32,000 nucleotides of DNA from Propionibacteriaceae bacterium (lineage in GTDB: Bacteria; Actinomycetota; Actinomycetes; Propionibacteriales; Propionibacteriaceae), in the NCBI GenBank assembly GCA_031256725.1, contig JAIRQE010000005.1, forward strand, positions 113,250 to 145,249. The letters run 5' to 3'. The notes under the pieces were generated by a model. The model was not told the DNA's origin and did no database searches. It saw only the letters and a list, made by a program, of their open reading frames with translations. The translations under genes were made by a program, and so were the position numbers. This document shows, one piece after another, positions 25,929-32,000 of this stretch (positions are counted from its first letter, which is position 1; each line of letters starts with the position of its first letter).

Positions 25929-27365
25929 TCAACCCACGAGCAGGGGGCGTACCAAAGCGGCCATGTACAGCGATCCGGTCACGAGTACTTCTTCTGCCAG
26001 GTCATCTAAAAGTACACGCAGGGCTTGATCCAGATCATGGATGATCCTCACCGGTATCCCCAGGTCTTGGGCTATGGCTGCTACTTGGGTGGGTGGTACT
26101 GAGGCTTTAATCTTGTCGTCTTTGCCGAGTTGGAACTGCGGAACAATAAGATGGGAGACTACGGGAGCAAGAGCTGCCAGGGTTTCGAGGATCTTGGTTT
26201 CGGGAGCTTTGGTGAGAGTGGCGAGTGTTGGAAAAGGGCCTAGGCCTTGAGCTTGGATGGTTTCCACCAGGGAAGCTACTTTTTGTGGGTTGTGAGCGCC
26301 GTCTAGGAGTACGCGGTGGTGGCCTGTCTGTATCCATTCGAATCTTGCAGGTGGTACGACGTGCATGAGTTCATCGTGGTGGGTTGGGATTGTGAACTTG
26401 TCGCGTTGGGCTATGTGGGAGACTGCAGCAAGAGCCAGATCCCAGTTGCGGAGTTGGTACTGAGGGATCTGGATTCGAAGCGTGGATTGACCAGCACAAA
26501 GATCCAAGGTGTGACGGGACTCTGAATCCAGCGATGGAGCCTGAGAGTACATAGTTTCATCTTCGGCACAGATTTCCGAAGTATGGTGAGTCTGTGGATC
26601 CTGCGACTGCGCGCAGGATGACAGGGGTGGGATACAGGATGACGGGAGTGGGACACAGGATCCAGGAACGACAACCATCCGGGCGTTGATCTCATCCGTC
26701 TTGGACTTGATGACCTCCAGGACTTCCAGGGATTGGTCGACAACGAAAACCACTCCACCTTCTACGATGATCCCGGCTTTCTGGGCAGCGATCTCAGCAA
26801 TCGTACCCCCGAGTTTCTCAGTATGATCCAGCCCTATCGGTCCGATGACCGCAACCTTGTCTGAGCGATTGAGGATATTGGTGGCATCCCTTGTACCACC
26901 AATGCCCACTTCGACAACTGCATAATCGACCCGTTCCTGCGCGAAAACCCATATTGCTAAGCAGATCATGAGCTCAAAGTAGGTGAGGTGACCGCGCAGA
27001 GGTTCCAGGAGGCTCAGCATCTGGTCGGCATAGCGACACAAGCGTTCCTCCTCCAGGGGGAGTCCACCCACTTGTACCCTCTCGTTGAGGGTGACTATGT
27101 GGGGGGAGACTGTTAGCCCGGTACGAAAGCCGCTGGCTTCCAGGAGAGCGCGAATATAGTAGCAAGTCGAGGTTTTCCCGGAGGTACCTGTGATGTGAAT
27201 GACGCGTAGATCCTGCTCGGGATTACCCAGGAGGTCCATCGCCTTGGCCATAGCAGCCAGTGAGGATCGCCCTGACTCTCGTGTACCTGCAAAAGTGAAA
27301 AGATCCTTGAGGAGACGATCAAAACCCCCACGGTCTAAAGATCGCCCCAGGATAGAATCCTCCAT
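25929..27365 (-). CDS. folC: folylpolyglutamate synthase/dihydrofolate synthase-like Mur-ligase family protein, carrying a repeat-derived insertion
   Basis: P-loop ITGTSGKTST, VVEVGIGGTRDATNIL and GPIGLDHTEKLGGTIAEIAAQKAGII are FolC hallmarks. MEDSILG (ATG 27365) is taken as the start, overlapping the upstream gene's 3' end. The track extends to 27416. A low-complexity Cys/Pro/Ser segment is encoded at 26540..26665. Confidence 0.8.
   Translation of the reverse strand: MEDSILGRSLDRGGFDRLLKDLFTFAGTRESGRSSLAAMAKAMDLLGNPEQDLRVIHITGTSGKTSTCYYIRALLEASGFRTGLTVSPHIVTLNERVQVGGLPLEEERLCRYADQMLSLLEPLRGHLTYFELMICLAIWVFAQERVDYAVVEVGIGGTRDATNILNRSDKVAVIGPIGLDHTEKLGGTIAEIAAQKAGIIVEGGVVFVVDQSLEVLEVIKSKTDEINARMVVVPGSCVPLPSSCIPPLSSCAQSQDPQTHHTSEICAEDETMYSQAPSLDSESRHTLDLCAGQSTLRIQIPQYQLRNWDLALAAVSHIAQRDKFTIPTHHDELMHVVPPARFEWIQTGHHRVLLDGAHNPQKVASLVETIQAQGLGPFPTLATLTKAPETKILETLAALAPVVSHLIVPQFQLGKDDKIKASVPPTQVAAIAQDLGIPVRIIHDLDQALRVLLDDLAEEVLVTGSLYMAALVRPLLVG
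26591..26624 (+). repeat. hairpin repeat copy S3 inside the folC-like gene: TCTGTGG ATCCTGCG ACTGCG CGCAGGAT GACAG
   Basis: Perfect 8-bp stem (26598..26605 / 26612..26619). Lies within the ORF and is followed by tandem copies of its right arm. Confidence 0.8.
26614..26663 (+). repeat. 21-bp tandem repeat (2.4 units) derived from the right arm of S3
   Basis: CAGGATGACAGGGGTGGGATA (26614..26634) and CAGGATGACGGGAGTGGGACA (26635..26655) match at 18 of 21 positions. A partial unit CAGGATCC follows (26656..26663). On the coding strand they read CVPLPSS / CIPPLSS / CAQSQDP. Confidence 0.85.
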
Positions 27366-27907
27366 GCTCCTGGTTCCCCTTCCACGATGACGATGTCTGT
27401 GTTCTGCAGGCGCCACTTCGGATCGGAATCAGCCTTAACATCACTGCGAGCATTGAGCCATGTGTAGAGGGCACCGCCATGGCTCACCACGACTGCGCAT
27501 TCATAGTCCTGGAGTTCGGCGATGGCAGCATCAAAGCGGGCAAAGAAAGTGTGACCGTCATCCCCATTGGGCATCGATCTATCGAGGTCCTTAGGCCAGG
27601 ATGTGATGACCTCTTGGTACCCCGTCCATTCGACATCCATCTCCCAATCCCCTGCGAAGATCTCGCGTACCCCCGGGTGGGTGATCAGTGGAACCTTGAA
27701 GGTGGCAGCAATAGGCTCACCAGTTTGGCGGGCGCGAGTGATGTCCGAGGTCATGACGATCTCAATGGGTTCCCCCTCAAGTCTGCCAGGAAGACTCGCT
27801 GCCTGCTCTTCACCAACCTCATCAAGAGGAGCCCCTGGAAAGTCAGTATCAAGAAGGTGGTTGACGTTGGATTGGGTACGTCCATGACGTATGAAGATGA
27901 TGCGCAC
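27335..27907 (-). CDS. histidine phosphatase (phosphoglycerate-mutase-like) family protein
   Basis: MRIIFIRHGRTQSN (RHG catalytic motif) and a later VVVSHGG (second His). Confidence 0.85.
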   Translation of the reverse strand: MRIIFIRHGRTQSNVNHLLDTDFPGAPLDEVGEEQAASLPGRLEGEPIEIVMTSDITRARQTGEPIAATFKVPLITHPGVREIFAGDWEMDVEWTGYQEVITSWPKDLDRSMPNGDDGHTFFARFDAAIAELQDYECAVVVSHGGALYTWLNARSDVKADSDPKWRLQNTDIVIVEGEPGAWRILSWGDL

Positions 27908-27944
27908 CCGATAATTCTATCTCGAAAAGGGCTGCGGGATGGCC

Positions 27945-28577
27945 CTAGCCCTGGGATGCCAGCCGGGGCAATAATCCTTCACCCACCTCTTCGGCAGTCA
28001 GTACGAAAATCTCATGATCCCGCCAGGCTCCCGCAATATGGATGTACCGTGGCCGATGACCCTCGTACCTGAAACCCAGTTTCTCCACGACACGCAAGCT
28101 GGCAGTATTCTCAGGGCGTATGCAGATCTCGATGCGGTGGAGTCCCATGGAAGCCATGGTGTAGTCGGTGACCAGTGCGACAGCCATGGGTGTGATGGAG
28201 CGTCCGGCGTACTTCTGGTCGATCCAATAACCGAGGGAGGCTGTTCTAGCTGACCCGAGGACGATGTTGGCAAGGGTACATTGCCCCACGATGGCTGAAT
28301 GCAGTCCATCCACCCTCACCATCCAAGGCAGGGTCACCCCCTTGCGAGCCTGAGCAACAACATAGCGGGCGCGCTGGGAGAGAGTCACAACCTCCACACG
28401 TGGATCAGGTGAGGTCGCCTCCCAGGGGCTCAACCACGCCATATTCAAGGTACGCAACCTGGCGACCTCGTTCATATCCTTCACCCGAAAAGGGGTCAGT
28501 ACAAGATCCCCATGGCGCAGTACAACGGGCCAATGGTGCTCGGCTGGAAACTGTGGAGCATCAACAACCTGAGGCAT
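27945..28577 (-). CDS. GNAT-family N-acetyltransferase, RimJ/RimL-like
   Basis: 210 aa. Acetyl-CoA binding region IDQKYAGRSITPMAV, HRIEICIRPENTASLRVVEKLGFRYEG. The position next to the MoeA-like gene matches moeA1-rimJ synteny in mycobacteria, recalled from memory. Confidence 0.8.
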   Translation of the reverse strand: MPQVVDAPQFPAEHHWPVVLRHGDLVLTPFRVKDMNEVARLRTLNMAWLSPWEATSPDPRVEVVTLSQRARYVVAQARKGVTLPWMVRVDGLHSAIVGQCTLANIVLGSARTASLGYWIDQKYAGRSITPMAVALVTDYTMASMGLHRIEICIRPENTASLRVVEKLGFRYEGHRPRYIHIAGAWRDHEIFVLTAEEVGEGLLPRLASQG

Positions 28578-28583
28578 GTGGAC

Positions 28584-29561
28584 TCATTTCAGGGGAAGAT
28601 AGTAGGCCTCGGCATCCACATTAACGAGGCCCTCTTCGCTCGCCAGGATCGCCAAGGCATTAGAGGAATAAATGGCATGAAGACCCTCGAAGCCCTGGGG
28701 TCTTCCCGTGATCGTCATCTTCCCATCCTTGACCATCGCGGGTACACAGGTCAGGATATTTGGTAGCACTCTTAATGGCTGTGCGAGATGGGAACTAAAC
28801 AACTCTGGATCTGCGCCAGCTCCCATGAGCTTAGCGACCATGGGTTCCACAATCAGCTTCGTCAACACGAAGGAGGCATAAGCATCAGCGGGGAGAGCTA
28901 CCAGAGGAATCTTTTCCTCAGCCATGATGAAGCCGTGCAATCCTCCAGGGCTGATCGCAATAGGCGTGAAGTCATGGGGGCCAATCTGGGAAGCAACATC
29001 CCTCAAATCAACACCGGGTTCATCCAAACCCCCGACTGTGATCACAAGATCAGCTCGAACAAGTTGCTCCTCGATCGCTTGGACGACCCCTGACGCATGT
29101 TCAGCAAAGCATTCCAGGCGATGGATTGATGCCCCCACAGCCTTCGCTTGGGCGGCCACCAGATAGGAGGCTGGGATTGCAGTACGCGAGAGAGCTAACA
29201 CGAGGACCCTCGGATTTGGGCGAGCCATGACTTTACGAATCCCCATCGCTGTCAGCATCGCAAGCATCCTTGGCTCCATACGAGAACCCTTCGCAATCAG
29301 GATCTCACCAGCATTGGGACCACCAGGTATGTCAGTCTCAGTGATGATCGACTCATCAAGGGTCAACCCCACGGATTCAAGGATCGATACACCAAACTCA
29401 TCCAACTCGTTGACCATGGACAACAGGTAGTCCCAGTGTTGCCAGAAGTCCCGGATTCCATTCGTCGTAGCCGGAGGCGGCGAAGGCAGTGACGGCATAG
29501 TCTGATATTCCTCACTCGTAGTCTGCTCAGCAGGCGCAATGTTACGCTTGAAAAAACCCAT
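28584..29561 (-). CDS. MoeA-like (molybdopterin-binding fold) protein, short and with degenerate catalytic motifs
   Basis: 325 aa. It aligns by eye to MoeA domains III/IV. PRVLVLALS matches PRVAIISTG and LVITVGGLDEPGVD matches VITSGGVSVG..D. ISPGGL matches PGKP and LVALPADAYASFV matches GLPGNPVS. The canonical N-terminal domain is largely missing. Start is ATG 29561 (no SD) or ATG 29498 (GAGGAA upstream). Confidence 0.6.
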   Translation of the reverse strand: MGFFKRNIAPAEQTTSEEYQTMPSLPSPPPATTNGIRDFWQHWDYLLSMVNELDEFGVSILESVGLTLDESIITETDIPGGPNAGEILIAKGSRMEPRMLAMLTAMGIRKVMARPNPRVLVLALSRTAIPASYLVAAQAKAVGASIHRLECFAEHASGVVQAIEEQLVRADLVITVGGLDEPGVDLRDVASQIGPHDFTPIAISPGGLHGFIMAEEKIPLVALPADAYASFVLTKLIVEPMVAKLMGAGADPELFSSHLAQPLRVLPNILTCVPAMVKDGKMTITGRPQGFEGLHAIYSSNALAILASEEGLVNVDAEAYYLPLK

Positions 29562-29634
29562 GAGGATACGATACCAGTGGAGAGGATCATCCGTGTTTTG
29601 TGATCCTTGGAGTTTGGCAGAAGGATCAGTTGCG

Positions 29635-30192
29635 ATGAAACCAGCACTACGCGCCGATATTGAGGCGAGACGTCACAGCACCATCCTTCGAGACGAACAT
29701 GATGGTTTACGTACCTCCCAGGTACTCACCCATCTCCAAGCCATGAACCCCCATACCATTGCTTGCTATGTCAGCGTTGATCCAGAACCCGATACCCTCA
29801 CTCTGCTAGGGGAGTTACACCAGTGGGGACTCACAATCCTTCTTCCCTGCCTCCTGCCAGGATCTCGTACCCCACTGTGGTCCAGATGGGCTGGGGAACC
29901 CATGATCTCAGGTTGGGGCGGAATCCCCACGCCCTCCACCAAGGGAACTCCTGATGTACTCAGCCAGGCAGATGTCATTATCATGCCTGGATTGGCGGGC
30001 ACCCTTTCGGGGGCACGTCTAGGAACCGGAGGGGGTTGGTACGATCAGGCTCTTCTTCATGCAAACCCAAAGACACCCCGGTGGCTCCTACTCAACGATG
30101 ATGAGGTCGTTGACGCACTCCCCCAAGATATCTGGGATCAACCTGTGACTGATCTGGTTACCGAGAAGCGATGGATCGTCGTCGAATCCTAG
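29635..30192 (+). CDS. 5-formyltetrahydrofolate cyclo-ligase
   Basis: MKPALRADIEARR... and IIMPGLAGTLSGARLGTGGGWYDQAL (the family's PG.AFD..G.RLG.G.G.YD motif). ATG 29635 is preceded by GAAGGA. The track's upstream extension (29539) is ignored. Confidence 0.85.
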   Translation: MKPALRADIEARRHSTILRDEHDGLRTSQVLTHLQAMNPHTIACYVSVDPEPDTLTLLGELHQWGLTILLPCLLPGSRTPLWSRWAGEPMISGWGGIPTPSTKGTPDVLSQADVIIMPGLAGTLSGARLGTGGGWYDQALLHANPKTPRWLLLNDDEVVDALPQDIWDQPVTDLVTEKRWIVVES

Positions 30193-31850
30193 ATGCGGGT
30201 AAAGAGGCGACCAGTCACTGTAGTGATGAAGGTATCCAGGGAGGCTGGAAGGTACTTCAAATGCCAGTCATCTGGGGCGTGGTACCACGACAGGTCAGTG
30301 GAGTCTGGATCAGGATCATCATCCGCATCAACGAGGAAGCCCAGCCAACGATCCGATCCACCCAAGACAACTGCATAGGGAAGAATCCTGGAAACCTCGT
30401 TATACAACTGGGTCTGATCGATATCCGACCCCAGATAGGCGTGGAAATCATTGGAGAGCGCTTGAAGGCCAGCATACACAGCAGCACCCTTGGGGGTTAC
30501 TGGGGGCGCCTGATAGGCGATGTACAAGAAGATGATCGCCAAAGCGATGAGCACCAATCCCACCAAACCGAAGGTGGTAAAGATCACAAGGAGAACCAGG
30601 ACAACCAGCGCGATCCCCACTGTAATCCAGGCCCATGGCACCAACTTAGAATTCTTTGAAGGCAGACGGGAGAACCATCCTGAGGTCAACATCTCCTTGT
30701 AGAGGGATTCCTGAACTGACTCGATAGCTGGGGCGACATTGCTGGTCAGTTCGGAGACCTTCGTCTCGTTCATGGTGAGGGCATTCAACAACTCAGCTTC
30801 ATAGGGCTTGAGTTCGTCTGTACCCTCTAGTCGGGTGAAAAACCAATCCGGAGCCGAGTAGCGGTTCGTCTCAATCTCTGTGATACGCAGGTGGCCCCGT
30901 ACCGCCAAATCTAGGATAGTTGCCAAGATATCAGCAGGGTCAACCTTGGAATCAACGAGGGTACCAATCAAACCCGGACGCGAATGTGGATCAGTTATGA
31001 AGACCAGATGCCCGTTCTCATCCTTGCTGAAGCCGGCCATCAGTGCAGGCGAGCCAGAATAGCCAGCGGTACGAACCCTGCGCCACAGGGCAAACAGCCC
31101 CAGGGCACCCACAGCGAGTACGAGAACACTGATGCCCAACTGGGCCCATCCTGGACTCAAGGCGCGACCCAGAGTCCAGATCGGTGAGGCTTCCTCCGTG
31201 ACTGGAACAGCATCGGCTTGGAAACTGATGTGGGTCTGAACGATCTCACCAGCAGCAGTATTAAGGTTCGTGAACTCCAATGTGGTTGAGCCATGGGCGC
31301 CAGTGGAATAAGTAGAACATGTGACGAGGGCTCCTGGTACACCTGCAGAACAGTCATAGTTATTGGCGCCAGGTGGCACCATGACTGCACCTGAAACCTT
31401 GGCCACATCATGGGTCATTCCAGCAAAGACCATCCAGGTGAAATCAACCCCGCCGTCCACGGCTCGCGTGGTTGCACCCCTCACCTGATAGGTGGCAGTG
31501 AACTCGGATATCTCCCCTGCTGGGAAGGAGATTTTTGCGGACTGTGCATTTTCGGTGATCGTCACACCATCTGCGGGGGTCACCAAGAGATCAATGATCT
31601 CATAGGTGTATCGGGTACCATTGTGATCCATGCGCGTGGGGATCTCTAGAACCATTGCCTCACCCCCCGACAAGACTGGAAGGGAGATAGTCTGTGTAAC
31701 TTCGAGAACCCCCTCAGGAGATAGCGTGGCGTCAACAATGATGGTGTTATCCGCCGCATAAGCGGGAGCAACCCACCCACACGCGAGAGCGATACCGGCT
31801 AGTGCAGCCAGAAGGAGACGGAATGCTCGTGACATGACGCCCACTTTCAT
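30189..31850 (-). CDS. DUF2207-domain membrane protein
   Basis: Signal peptide MKVGVMSRAFRLLLAALAGIALACGWVAPAYA, an extracytoplasmic beta-rich domain, a TM helix, a cytoplasmic segment and C-terminal TM helices. This layout is typical of DUF2207. Start set at ATG 31850 (or 31835) rather than the track's 31979. Confidence 0.7.
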   Translation of the reverse strand: MKVGVMSRAFRLLLAALAGIALACGWVAPAYAADNTIIVDATLSPEGVLEVTQTISLPVLSGGEAMVLEIPTRMDHNGTRYTYEIIDLLVTPADGVTITENAQSAKISFPAGEISEFTATYQVRGATTRAVDGGVDFTWMVFAGMTHDVAKVSGAVMVPPGANNYDCSAGVPGALVTCSTYSTGAHGSTTLEFTNLNTAAGEIVQTHISFQADAVPVTEEASPIWTLGRALSPGWAQLGISVLVLAVGALGLFALWRRVRTAGYSGSPALMAGFSKDENGHLVFITDPHSRPGLIGTLVDSKVDPADILATILDLAVRGHLRITEIETNRYSAPDWFFTRLEGTDELKPYEAELLNALTMNETKVSELTSNVAPAIESVQESLYKEMLTSGWFSRLPSKNSKLVPWAWITVGIALVVLVLLVIFTTFGLVGLVLIALAIIFLYIAYQAPPVTPKGAAVYAGLQALSNDFHAYLGSDIDQTQLYNEVSRILPYAVVLGGSDRWLGFLVDADDDPDPDSTDLSWYHAPDDWHLKYLPASLDTFITTVTGRLFTRI

Positions 31851-32000
31851 TTCAGTAATCCTGGTGAATACCTCCCATGATAGCGGCAAACAACGACACT
31901 GGGAGTAGTCGACGACAATCACATTATGTGCCCGCGTAGTGGGTGCCCGTGTATCACATGTTTTTGCCCGCGAAACCATGGGGCGCGGAAGACTGTTGGA

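Noticed and set aside
26614-26663. Possible CRISPR-like array, suggested by the repeated 21-bp units
   Set aside because: The units are directly tandem with no spacers. They lie inside an ORF, are in frame, and derive from the arm of the hairpin repeat. No cas genes are present in the window.
30303-30320. Possible collapsed hairpin-repeat remnant GTCTGGATCAGGATCATC inside the DUF2207 gene
   Set aside because: Only the outer flanks resemble the family. The sequence encodes an Asp/Pro-rich acidic run (DDDPDPDS), which can generate GAT/CCT-rich DNA on its own.

Overview
This window looks like a core chromosomal segment of an actinobacterial (Actinomycetota) genome. I infer that from gene content and from synteny recalled from Mycobacterium: perM-purN-purH, 5-FCL/moeA-like/rimJ-like, and recO next to uppS. 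I support about 31 protein-coding genes. They include six purine-biosynthesis genes (purB, purD, purA, purH, purN), recO, uppS, pcrA, icd and a folC-like ligase. There is also a MauE/DoxX plus two-DsbA thiol-disulfide module, and a PspC-domain histidine kinase / LuxR regulator / two PspC proteins / GlsB envelope-stress cluster. The remainder are a CNNM/CorC-type CBS protein, a degenerate MoeA-like protein, 5-formyl-THF cyclo-ligase and a DUF2207 membrane protein. I see no rRNA, tRNA, CRISPR array, transposase or phage gene.

The interesting signal is at nucleotide level, not in the gene list.
- A small hairpin repeat, TCTGG-ATNCTGCG-AC..-CGCAGNAT-GACRG, occurs four times. The base pair at stem position 3 changes between copies but always stays complementary. 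Two copies form an inverted pair in the recO/uppS divergent spacer. Two more are embedded in-frame in pcrA and in the folC-like gene, each read in a different frame. This resembles in-frame palindromic elements such as those described in Rickettsia.
- A G-rich motif is shared between the purN leader and a convergent-gene hairpin.
- A perfect 23-bp tandem duplication over the pcrA start creates an overlapping 8-codon uORF.
- A 138-bp nested inverted-repeat element lies between icd and the CNNM gene.
- A TTCACAA/TTGTGAA motif cluster lies upstream of purN.
- A decaying low-GC islet surrounds the rhodanese gene and contains a frameshifted VOC-like pseudogene.

Everything here comes from reading the sequence and the ORF track. 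No searches were run.
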